Shown: in pieces, positions 23,115-32,374 of the stretch
How the letters are laid out: each line of letters begins with the position of its first letter
How positions within the stretch are numbered: the first letter of the stretch is position 1
DNA from: Squalus acanthias
Lineage: Eukaryota
Reading direction: 5' to 3'
Assembly: GCA_030390025.1 (NCBI GenBank)
Contig: CM059432.1
Span: 38,256,001-38,320,000, forward strand
Length of the DNA stretch: 64,000 nt
Translations under genes and position numbers: made by a program
Notes under the pieces: model-generated
The model's input: the letters and a program-made list of their open reading frames with translations, nothing else
Told to the model about the DNA's origin: nothing
Database searches by the model: none

Positions 23115-26100
23115 TTAAATTCTGAGAAGGCTGCTGCGAGCTCTTCCCGACGGTGGGAGGGCACTGACCCTTCCCTCTGATCTGCCGCAGCCTGTTGCTG
23201 CGCTGACCCTTTCCTCTGATCTGCCGCAGCCTGTTACTGCTGCGATGTGGCCTGTCTCTACCCGGGTTATCTTAACCTGAACTTTACGCCTTGGGGCAGT
23301 CTGGGGACATGACCACATCCTCCTGGGCTGGGGTTCTCTGCTAGACCTACGGGGAGTTGCTATGGGCGGGGGTTCCGTGACGGACGGACCGGGTTCCGGG
23401 ACCTCCAACGGGACGACCTGGGGTTCCATCACAGTCGCCGGCTCCGCCTCCGCTGACTCCGCCTCCCTAACCCCGGGGCTGGCATTTCGTGGCTCCGCCC
23501 TGCTCGGCCCAGCAGGCGGCCCTTCACTCGTGATCTCTGCCTCCCCTGAGGACTGGACGTTCAAAGCGGGCGGCCACCCCTCTGGGAACCACATTGGTAC
23601 TCTCTGTGCTCCTATAGCGGCTGGCCCTGCCTCCTCTAGCTCCTCCCTCCTGTCCTCGGGACCTGCAGCTTGTGTGTCCACCCCGTGTGGATCTCTACCT
23701 ATCGGCCCCAATCCTCCCAGACCGTTCCTCAGGAACCACCCGTCATCATCACTATACTCATCTGCACTATCCTCATCTGACCAGGGTACCCTGGGTTCTT
23801 CGTCATCTAACCCCCAACTCCAGAAAAACGCTGCATGATCGTCCGGGATGTCCCTTCCCCTGATGCAAGCTGCTACGCCTGCCTGTGTGCCTTGTGGTCC
23901 TACCTGGGGCTGCGTTTTCCCATTGGCGGGATTTACCCCTGTAGTTTTCCCTTGCGCACCCGGCTGGTACAGTTTACATTGGTTTATGTGGAACCACTTA
24001 GTGCGCCGAGGTACTTTTACGGCGTAAACCATGGGACTCGCCTTGTCTACAATGTTGTAGGGTCCCATATACAGTGGTTCCAGACTCCCTACTCTGGCGT
24101 AGTTTCTGACCATGACCTGGTCTCCTACTTCCCACTCCCGCGTTTTGCGGGGTTCCAGCAACAAGCGATTGCCCTGATGCTGCCTTCCCATGTTCCCAGC
24201 CGCCTGCTCATAAACTTGCTTCAGGCGCTCCAAGAGAGTTTGGGCGAACTTGTCCCTGCTGATCTCTTGAAGCTGACCCTCAGTGAGCACCGGGGCTAGC
24301 ACATGGGTGGGGGTTCGCATGAGCCTGCCGGTCATTACCTCGTGCGGGGAGTACCCCGTACTTTTTGACTGACTGGCCCGGACCCCCATGAGGACTAAAG
24401 GCAGAACTTCCGCCCATTTTTGGGGCGAGTTCCTAGTCTCTTTCCTCAATTTCTCCTTCAGGGTCCGGTTCATACGTTCAACAATCCCGGATGACTGGGG
24501 ATTGTGTGCTACGTGCCACTTCCCTTCAATGCCCAAAAGCATGAGGGTGTTCTGCATCACCTGGCCGGTGAAATGACTCCCTTGGTCTGACTCCACAAAA
24601 CGGGGGAGTCCCCACCGCGAGAACACTTCCCGGACCAAGATTTTTGCTGTACCCAGTGCCGTAGCTGTTCGACAAGGGAAGGCTTCCACCCACTTGGAAA
24701 ACACATCCACCAGGACGAGGCAGTACTTATAACCTCCCTGGGTGGTGGGCAGGGGTCCTATATAGTCGATCTGTATCGACTGCCATGGTCCCTCTACCCT
24801 TCTTACGTGTCCCATGGGCACCTTCCTTTTCTGGGGGTCTGGGTTGTTTGCAGCGCACACAAGACAGTTAGCGCAGAACTCGCGGACTTGTTCCCTGAGC
24901 CCTGGCCACCATCCCGCTTGCTCTACCCGTTGCCAGGTAACCTCGGGCCCGGGGTGCCCTGCCCCTGGTCCCTCGTGAGCCAACTGGAGGAATTCCCTCC
25001 TGTGCTGCTGCGGCACAACCCACTGCTCCCCGCGGAACAGCATGCCTTCCTTAACTGAGAGGGTTGCCGTACTGTACGGACCTTCTACCTGCCTCCCCTC
25101 AGCAATCGTTTTTAGGACTGCTTTTAGGGCGGGATCCTGGGCTTGGACGGTCTTAAGGTCTAGGGGCAATGCTACCCTGGTGTTCCCGGTATTCCCGTCC
25201 CCGCCTCGGACCGCTGCTATGGGTCCGGTCCTATACGGGTTCCAGAAAGTGCCGTTGCGGGCACCCTCCCTGGCTAGCGCATCTGCCTGCCGGTTGCCCT
25301 CCCCACGGGGCTCTGCGGAGGAGTGAGCTTTCACCTTATGGATGAAAATCTCCCCTTCCTCCCCTACTGCTGCCGCTAAGATCTTTTCCAGCAAGGGCTT
25401 CACCGTTAAAGGTCGCCCGTCCGCGGAGGTGTATCCGCGGCGGGACCAAATGGCCAGGTATTCCGTACACGAATTGCAGGTGAACATACTGTCCGAGCAA
25501 ATCGTGTATGGGGTTGGGAAAATGTCTGGGTGGGTCACCACGTACACCACGGCAGACAGCTCAGCCTGCTGCGCGCTCATGGTGCTAGGGAGCTTGATCG
25601 CCAGGGCAAGGTCTGCCGCAGGGTCATAAACTCCACACCCTGTGAGTCGCTCGCCAGCAGATACTGTGCTAGACCCATCAACATAAATCTCGCGCCCAGT
25701 GGGATGTATCCCGGCCCGCAAACCTATGTTGACGTCCCACACCCCTTCCACCGAACATCGGTGGGCTGTACCGGGGTATACCAAATTGGCCGCAAGCCTG
25801 GGCTCGCAAAGACCTTTTACTCTAAGATCCAACTGGGAGAGAAGAAGGGTCCAACGCGCAATGCGTGCGCTGCTTACGGTCCCGTCTTTAATCCTCCCAT
25901 CCAGAAGCATCTTAGTTGGTGTGTGATGTGTGAGGAGAGTGATGGGAGAGAGCCCTGTGAAGATCGCTGATCTTTTCACAGCCCAATGCGTGGCCAAAAG
26001 GTGCCTTTCGCAATTGGAGAAACTTCTCTCCACATCCGTTAATACCCTGGATGAATAGACAACCGGCCTCAGCTTGCCGTGACGCTCTTGGAGCAGCACG

Positions 26101-27638
26101 GCGCTTAAGCTGTCTCCGCTGGCAGCTACCTCCAGGAAAAACTCCTTCCCCCCATCTATGGCCCCTAAGGCTGGCGCGGTCTGCAGATCCCTTTTTAACT
26201 TCTCGAAGGCTGCTTGGCAGCCCTCGTCCCAAGACCACTCCACTCCCTTATGGAGGAGTCGGAGGAGCGGCGCCGCTGTGGCCGCATAATCTTCGATAAA
26301 ATCCCTGCAGTAACCGGTCAGTCCCAAGAAGGACCTCACACCCCTTACGTTGTTGGGAATCGGTAATTCTTGCACCGACTCCCTCCTTGCTTTGTCTATG
26401 GCTCTTTCCCCAGCGCGTAGGGTCAGTCCCAGGAATTTTACTTCCTGCTGACCGATACGTGCTTTCTTTGGGTTTACTTTAAAACCCTTTCTCGCTAACA
26501 GCTCCAATAACTCGTCCAGTAGTGGTCCGTGCTCCTCCCTTGAGTCCGTAAATAGGAGCAAATCATCCACATACTGTACTATCTGATTGGGCTGACTAAA
26601 CTCCTTTAAACTTCCTGCCATACACTGATGAAAAATACTGGGGCTATTGTGGAAACCCTGTGGCAAACAGTTCCACGTGTACTGTTGTCCTTTAAACGTA
26701 AAGGCAAACTTGTACTGGTCCTCTCGCCGCAGCGGGATGGACCAAAAACCGTTCGAGATATCCAGCACCGTGAACGTGGTCGCGGACGCTGGGATGCTCC
26801 CTATTAGGTCAGCAACTGCTGCTACTGTAGGCGCGCAGGCGGGAATGTTACTGTTAAGGACTCTGTAGTCCACCGTGGCTCTCCACGAATTATCCGGCTT
26901 CCTAACCGGCCATAATGGGGAGTTCACGTGTGTGGCTATCGGCCTCAACACGCCCTGCTGCACCAAGGAAGACATTGCAGCCTCCATATCGGGTTCTGCT
27001 TCTTTGGGGAAGTTATACTGCTTTTGGGGTCGGGTCATGGGGTCCCCATCTACGCTGACCTCAAACCCGACCACCCTCCCACAATCGTGCTTGTGGGTTG
27101 CAAACGCGTGCATGTTATCTGACACGTACGTTTGCATGTCCGTTGGGACATCTGCGACCATAAGCCTGAGGTCGTAGCCTCCGGATGGCTGTATGGTACA
27201 CAGGACCCCTGTTTCTTCCTCTCCTTGAATTACCATTACCTCGCCTTTTTCACCTTTAGCCCCCCAGAGACAGTGATTTCTGAGGTCCACGAGGATCCCG
27301 TGTCCCGCTAGGAGATCGGACCCGAGAATACCTCTTCCACCCCCCTTTTGCCATGCCATCAGTATACACTTCCACTTAAGGCGAAGTGTTCCTAAACGAA
27401 TGGATAGCGGGAGGGAAAACGTGCCAGCCTGTTCTTTCCCTGTGAACCCTGCTAGCGTGAATGGGACCTTGGTAGATAGCGGCGAGTCAAAAGGGTCATC
27501 TGTATGGATTATGGTGCAAGAAGCTCCCGTGTCCAACAAATAACTGCCTTTCTGTTTCTCTACCTCCATCTCCACCACAGGTCGCCTCCACGCATCATAG
27601 CTGAGCGGACACAGGTAGACGGGCTGTGCTGGTTCTAG
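23115..27638 (-). CDS. pol: Pol polyprotein: protease, RT, degenerate RNase H (tether), active RNase H, integrase with GPY/F motif, long C-terminal tail
   Basis: LLDTGAS; LDISNGF, LPQG, QYVDD; FLEVAAS..RPVVYSSR; IYVDGSS..AQQAEL..CSDS..HKVKAH..GNRQADALA; H-H-C-C, IQIDYIG, ESDQGSHF, SSGIVERMN; YMGPY. Open and in frame from the gag stop. Confidence 0.96.
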   Translation of the reverse strand, partial: LEPAQPVYLCPLSYDAWRRPVVEMEVEKQKGSYLLDTGASCTIIHTDDPFDSPLSTKVPFTLAGFTGKEQAGTFSLPLSIRLGTLRLKWKCILMAWQKGGGRGILGSDLLAGHGILVDLRNHCLWGAKGEKGEVMVIQGEEETGVLCTIQPSGGYDLRLMVADVPTDMQTYVSDNMHAFATHKHDCGRVVGFEVSVDGDPMTRPQKQYNFPKEAEPDMEAAMSSLVQQGVLRPIATHVNSPLWPVRKPDNSWRATVDYRVLNSNIPACAPTVAAVADLIGSIPASATTFTVLDISNGFWSIPLRREDQYKFAFTFKGQQYTWNCLPQGFHNSPSIFHQCMAGSLKEFSQPNQIVQYVDDLLLFTDSREEHGPLLDELLELLARKGFKVNPKKARIGQQEVKFLGLTLRAGERAIDKARRESVQELPIPNNVRGVRSFLGLTGYCRDFIEDYAATAAPLLRLLHKGVEWSWDEGCQAAFEKLKRDLQTAPALGAIDGGKEFFLEVAASGDSLSAVLLQERHGKLRPVVYSSRVLTDVERSFSNCERHLLATHWAVKRSAIFTGLSPITLLTHHTPTKMLLDGRIKDGTVSSARIARWTLLLSQLDLRVKGLCEPRLAANLVYPGTAHRCSVEGVWDVNIGLRAGIHPTGREIYVDGSSTVSAGERLTGCGVYDPAADLALAIKLPSTMSAQQAELSAVVYVVTHPDIFPTPYTICSDSMFTCNSCTEYLAIWSRRGYTSADGRPLTVKPLLEKILAAAVGEEGEIFIHKVKAHSSAEPRGEGNRQADALAREGARNGTFWNPYRTGPIAAVRGGDGNTGNTRVALPLDLKTVQAQDPALKAVLKTIAEGRQVEGPYSTATLSVKEGMLFRGEQWVVPQQHRREFLQLAHEGPGAGHPGPEVTWQRVEQAGWWPGLREQVREFCANCLVCAANNPDPQKRKVPMGHVRRVEGPWQSIQIDYIGPLPTTQGGYKYCLVLVDVFSKWVEAFPCRTATALGTAKILVREVFSRWGLPRFVESDQGSHFTGQVMQNTLMLLGIEGKWHVAHNPQSSGIVERMNRTLKEKLRKETRNSPQKWAEVLPLVLMGVRASQSKSTGYSPHEVMTGRLMRTPTHVLAPVLTEGQLQEISRDKFAQTLLERLKQVYEQAAGNMGRQHQGNRLLLEPRKTREWEVGDQVMVRNYARVGSLEPLYMGPYNIVDKASPMVYAVKVPRRTKWFHINQCKLYQPGAQGKTTGVNPANGKTQPQVGPQGTQAGVAACIRGRDIPDDHAAFFWSWGLDDEEPRVPWSDEDSADEYSDDDGWFLRNGLGGLGPIGRDPHGVDTQAAGPEDRREELEEAGPAAIGAQRVPMWFPEGWPPALNVQSSGEAEITSEGPPAGPSRAEPRNASPGVREAESAEAEPATVMEPQVVPLEVPEPGPSVTEPPPIATPRRSSREPQPRRMWSCPQTAPRRKVQVKITRVETGHIAAVTGCGRSEERVSAATGCGRSEGRVSALPPSGRARSSLLRI

Positions 27639-29450
27639 TCATGGGGCACTATTAGACGGTCCTGCGGCACCTACGGGGCCGGTTGCGACCGCCACCTGTC
27701 CACGCGCATTCAAAACCATCTTGCGCATGACTCCTAGCACTGCTTCGAGGTCTTCGGGAGAGGTGGGTGCCTTTGCTTCCTTAGGCGGGACAGGCGCCTG
27801 GGCTCGGACCGCGGGATTTTTATCCTTGGAATCCTTCCAAGGGTTCCTGCAGTGCTTGCACCAGTGCCCTGTCTTCCCACACCCGTAACAGGCATTACTT
27901 GCCTGTGGGGCGCGATTACCCTCCTGATGCCACTCTCTTTGAGCTGGGGCTGCGGGTCGTACCTCATGTACTCTTCCCTTAAAGGGACGTGTCGTCATAC
28001 CCCTTATGTTACGGTAACCTAACGTGAGTCGATTCAAGACCGACTCTTCCGTAAGGTTGAGGTCATTGGGATCGAACCAGGCTTTTGCCTGCTCTCTAAC
28101 GGCTGGTAAACTGTTGGCTATTATGCACCTAAGCCAATGAATTAAAGCGGCGCCTTCCACATCTTCGCGCTCGGGCGCACCTAGACAGCTGCGCTCATAT
28201 ACTGGCCACAGCCTGTCGGCAAAAACCTTCGGGGGTTCTCCCTCCATCTGCACTGTCTGTCCCACTCTAGCAAACGGACCTCCGTCGTTCGCCCCCACTA
28301 CTTCTAGGACCTCATTTTTCAATTCCTCATAACTTTTATTTCCCCTCTTGCTCTCGCCTGAGAGACACTGAAGGACCGAGCTATCTAACGAGAACAGCAG
28401 CATTTTTGCTGTCTCCCCATCATCGCAGCCGTTAATGGCTGCGGCTTGCTCAACTTCCCTGAAATGTACGGAAGGGTCGTCTATCTCGGTCAGCTTCCTT
28501 ACGTGGTTTATCATGGCTCTCAGCTGATGTGAACTGTGAGGCAACACCAGCTGTCCGAGGAGATCCCCCGGTTCTTCCCCACCGTTTCTGCTTGGGCCCC
28601 TTTTAATCCCCGTTACTGGATACAACGATCCCTTTTCTACTTCCTTTTCAACGGGCTCTTTTGTTTCTTCCGTTGCTTCCTCCCTAACCCAGGTTTCTGA
28701 ATAGCTGGGTGGCGCGGAGGGCGCAGTGGCTACTACTTCTTCTGCTTTACTTGGTGGGGAATTTCTAAATCTCTCATTTACTAGCGGCTGGCGCGCCGAC
28801 GGATTGATAAGGCACACCATGCCGTTCGCATTATTCACGGCCTTTTTAAGGCTCTCTATCTCTTTTTGGCAGGCGCTATGGTCGGCTCCCTGAAACTTAT
28901 CCTCAAGGGCCAACTTATACGCCGACCTAACCCCCATTAAGCTCTCTTCCTGAGTTCTTATCTGGGCAGCTTGACGGTTACATCTTTCCTTCATCCTACT
29001 CTCATTCAATTTTGCTTCAGTGATCTGGCACTCGAGATACTCTACCCTTGTTTTAAGGTAACTGGAGACTTCCTGGCTTTCCTGGCGTAACTCATTTAAA
29101 CTCTTAATGAGCACCTCCCCTCCAGAAACCTTTTCCTCCATTTCCTCCTCTAAATGCTTGATTCGAGCTGTTAGCGCTGTATTGGTCTGGTTTGAAATCT
29201 GAACCTGCCTTTTGTAGCACATAAGCCAGACTGCTTTCTCAACTGCCTTTTTATGCTCCTTACTATCAGTCCACCTTTCAGCTGCCTCTAGTGGGCTCTT
29301 ATCCGCTAACAATTCGCTTATCCACTTTTTAGTTAGATTAACCTTTCCAAACACATAATCCGCTATCTTTTCCTGCATCACATTTCGTACAGTCATTCCA
29401 AAATCTAACACACTACCCTCTCGCTGCCAGTGTCCTGCCGCGGTCGCCAT
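27639..29450 (-). CDS. gag: Gag (coiled-coil N-terminus, capsid-like region, one CCHC zinc knuckle)
   Basis: 603-aa open ORF between PBS and pol; CYGCGKTGHWCKHC fits CX2CX4HX4C; PSAP and PPSY late-domain-like motifs (APSAPPSY). Confidence 0.92.
   Translation of the reverse strand: MATAAGHWQREGSVLDFGMTVRNVMQEKIADYVFGKVNLTKKWISELLADKSPLEAAERWTDSKEHKKAVEKAVWLMCYKRQVQISNQTNTALTARIKHLEEEMEEKVSGGEVLIKSLNELRQESQEVSSYLKTRVEYLECQITEAKLNESRMKERCNRQAAQIRTQEESLMGVRSAYKLALEDKFQGADHSACQKEIESLKKAVNNANGMVCLINPSARQPLVNERFRNSPPSKAEEVVATAPSAPPSYSETWVREEATEETKEPVEKEVEKGSLYPVTGIKRGPSRNGGEEPGDLLGQLVLPHSSHQLRAMINHVRKLTEIDDPSVHFREVEQAAAINGCDDGETAKMLLFSLDSSVLQCLSGESKRGNKSYEELKNEVLEVVGANDGGPFARVGQTVQMEGEPPKVFADRLWPVYERSCLGAPEREDVEGAALIHWLRCIIANSLPAVREQAKAWFDPNDLNLTEESVLNRLTLGYRNIRGMTTRPFKGRVHEVRPAAPAQREWHQEGNRAPQASNACYGCGKTGHWCKHCRNPWKDSKDKNPAVRAQAPVPPKEAKAPTSPEDLEAVLGVMRKMVLNARGQVAVATGPVGAAGPSNSAP
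29432..29449 (-). promoter_or_regulatory. Primer binding site, tRNA-Arg(UCG)-type
   Basis: Plus strand GTCCTGCCGCGGTCGCCA (18 nt, ends in CCA) matches the 3' end of vertebrate tRNA-Arg-TCG as I recall it; 5 nt from the 5' LTR. Confidence 0.85.
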
Positions 29451-29454
29451 TTTC

Positions 29455-31115
29455 TGTAAGGGATTCTCTCCTGACCCTGCGTGTCTCGTAGCCTGTGAGA
29501 TTCACGCGGCTCTGTGCAGCCTGTATGTCAGTGCGGGTCTAGGCCTGGTCTCCAGCCAGTCTGGGAACACTAGACACCCCTGTGAGTGGTTCGAATCACT
29601 CTCCCTTACGGTTCTAGACACTGGACTTAGATGCGAGAGCAGTAATGGAGATAAAACTCATGTAGACTTGGTTTGAACGGTACGAAATGGAAAATCTTTA
29701 TTGCATGATACTTAAAATTATGAAATACATGTCATACGCACAGATTAATGACAGTACGATCTTACAAACGGTTATAATCACTCTTAGGGAAACGAGGAAC
29801 GACCAGCACAACGTAAATAGGGCACACATTACAAATATCCTTAATCTTTAAACCCTCCCCTATCAATATCTATCCTAAAACTAGCTTCGTAGGATCTCGA
29901 GACTCATGCTCACCACTCGTAATAACTCGGAGAAATCCCGAATAGCTGATCGGATGTTTTTCACCGCAGCACCCACGTGTTGGTCAGGAGATCTCCTGGT
30001 CCCACTTGTTTACTGCTTCTGCTGCTCGGCTAGTCGGCTGGACCGTCCGCTGTAGTGAAGACCTCTGTTGGTTGACTTCACAGTTTAGTTGAGGAGTCCC
30101 GTTGTCAATATCACTGATACGATGTGTTTGCACAGTCCAGTTATCGTTGATGCAATATGTCTTGTTAAAAGTTTAACGAAGAAAACTTCCTGTCGAGAAG
30201 ACTTGGCTGATCGACCTACAGGCGCGGTCGGGATTTACTGACCGTGGCGATGGATATGGTCTTCTTCTCTTCTCCTCTCATCTCATCTCATCTCATCTCG
30301 GGCCTTTGGTTCCGCTGCCAGTTACCAACATAGGTCTTCGTTACGCGACACGAGGTAGATCCGAACGGATCAGAAAGTTCAACAGTCTTTTGCACAGGAG
30401 CAGCCACGAGGTTACGAATCGACCGGATAAAACACAGGAGCAGCCACGAATGCAGGAGCAAGGACAAGAGGCAAGCAGCAAGAGAGCGAATGGACGGTTT
30501 GGGGCCTGCAATTATAGTGCAAAATCTTCCGTTTCCCGCCCAACTATAATGTCCATTCTTTTGTTTAAGGTTTGGCGCCCAAATGTCCTGTATGGGTGAT
30601 CTCCGTTCTTAATGGGTTTCGGGGCTACTCATGAATGTTTGAGTACCTGTTAATACTTCTCCCATTGTTAAATCGGTCGGTGTTCTCCCTGGAGGGGTTT
30701 GGGGCTTCCAAGTGTCCTGTATAACTACCTGCTAACGGCTCTCTCATCGTAGAGCCGTTGGGAGTTTACATATTAATGTCCTTTGGATGGGCCCTTGATT
30801 ACTCGGTGCAATGGCTTTCCTTTGTACCTGGGAGACCGATTTCAGTATCTATGTTTATACTGCAAACCCATAATGTCTCGTGTATTACCTTCACTGTGCT
30901 GAATCGTTATCGATCTTGCAAAAATGTGTATTGGAACGCCATCTTGTCTGCCTGTTGAAAAGTCTAGAATGTTCTGTCACGAGGTGCGGCGGCCATTTTA
31001 CAGGCTGCTTGTGTCCAATTTAAACCTGACAGCATTCTGCTGAAATAAAAGCTGTTTGAACGAAACTTTGTGTTTGCTCCTTATTAATCAAATCGCGATA
31101 ATTGCGAATTCTACA
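29455..31115 (-). repeat. 5' LTR (1661 bp)
   Basis: Near-identical to 18414-20074; differences noticed at 19351/30392 (A/G) and 19714/30755 (T/C). Confidence 0.97.
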
Positions 31116-31618
31116 TGACAGACTGCCGAATCACAGAAAATGGCGTATTCTTATACAGTATAATATCACATGACATGTTGTTTAAGGTAAGCTAAGTTAA
31201 AAATTAAGAAAAACACATAAGAAATGCCTTACAATGAGACTAGCTAATCTCTATAAAATGGAGTCTATCTAGTTTACTTCTCTCACCAAGGCCAAGGCGC
31301 CTGGTTTGTTTACTTTACTAGCCCTTGGTTATCTCAATATTAAGCCTGTTTTCTTTTGTGCAGGCAGTCTTTTGCTGACAGCATAGTCTAATACTTTAAA
31401 GTTATTTTCAGAAAAGAACATAACAATGGATTTTTCCCTTTTCCACACAAGTCAGAGTCGGCCATTTTATTAGTTTAAATTCAAGGAAACTATTTTGTCC
31501 GAGACAAAAACTGCACTTCCACAGATGAAAGAGTTGTCTTATGAGGAAAGGTTGAGCAAGTTGGGCCTATACTCATTGGAGTTTAGAAGAATGAGAGGTA
31601 ATCTTATTGAAATATATA

Positions 31619-32374
31619 GGGGGATAAATTGAGTCGTGCCCCCTTTGAAGCGCTAAATTCACTGGGGCGCTACTTTTAGCCCGCGCTACTTTTAGCCCGC
31701 CCCCGAAATTCACTGGTGGCACCCCGAGAGGAAGGCGGGGTGCTACTGGAAGCGCCCTGGCTCCCTCTTGGGGCACTGCGAGTGAATATCACTGTGATAT
31801 GTGCAGCAGCGCCACGCACTGCGGCACATCGCGCCACGGTACTGCAGGCCTTACTCCCTTTATTAAAGGGGAGGGCCAAGTACAGTGCGACCCGGGGCTC
31901 AGCTGGGCCACCAGGGATTATTGGAGTGCCGGCAAAAGAGCCCAGCACTCACGGACCGCAGCCGGCACCCCGCGGGGGGGCTGCACAGAAGACCGGGGAC
32001 AGCAACGGGGGCAGGTGCTGGCAGGCGGCCAGCAACAAAAATGGCCGCCCGGCACCTCCCCTTTAATTTGCGCCGCTCCGGCCGCAGGTAGAGCCCCCCC
32101 CCTGACCCTGTTGGACATAGCATCCGGCGGTAAGTGAGGGGGCGCTACTGAAGATTGCAGCCAGGGCGCGAGAGGGGCGCTGCGCAAGGCAATGACGTCA
32201 TCGCCGGAGGCGCAGCGCTGCGGGGTGCTAACGGTTACTGCCACCACTAACCTCCCGCTGAATTTTGCGGGAGGCGTTGGTAGCGCCGCGCCCAGGCGCT
32301 AGCTGCTTTGCGCCCCCCGTTAGCGCCCTCTTAGGGTGCTAACGGGAGGCACAATTCAACCGAATTTTTCCCCC
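31619..32374. mobile_element. Harbinger MITE (~750-bp GC-rich family), copy A
   Basis: TIRs GGGGGATAAATT / AATTTTTCCCCC, 3-bp TSD ATA, excision restores CR1 GAAATATATAAGATTCTG; homologous to 39224-39950 and 58692-59408. Confidence 0.92.

Larger units (their letters stand above)
18414..31115 (-). mobile_element. Near-intact endogenous retrovirus-like provirus (lokiretrovirus-like): LTR-PBS-gag-pol-env-PPT-LTR
   Basis: Two 1661-bp LTRs, TSD TGAC (18410-18413, 31116-31119), open gag and pol, env-like gene. Confidence 0.96.
18299..31523 (-). mobile_element. Solo LTR of a second family (~520 bp: 18299-18413 plus 31120-31523), split by the provirus
   Basis: Ends TGTCGAAGT...ACTTCCACA (TG..CA, imperfect inverted repeat), 4-bp TSD GATG at 18295-18298 and 31524-31527; strand inferred only from TTTATT near 18357. 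Confidence 0.8.

Noticed and set aside
23362..27177. Numerous plus-strand ORFs opposite pol as accessory or antisense genes
   Set aside because: Short, mostly non-ATG, expected as shadows of a long GC-rich ORF
31573..32247. Overlapping ORFs within the GC-rich MITEs (also 39258-39885, 58770-59125)
   Set aside because: Frames are not conserved among the three copies; stop-poor because of GC content
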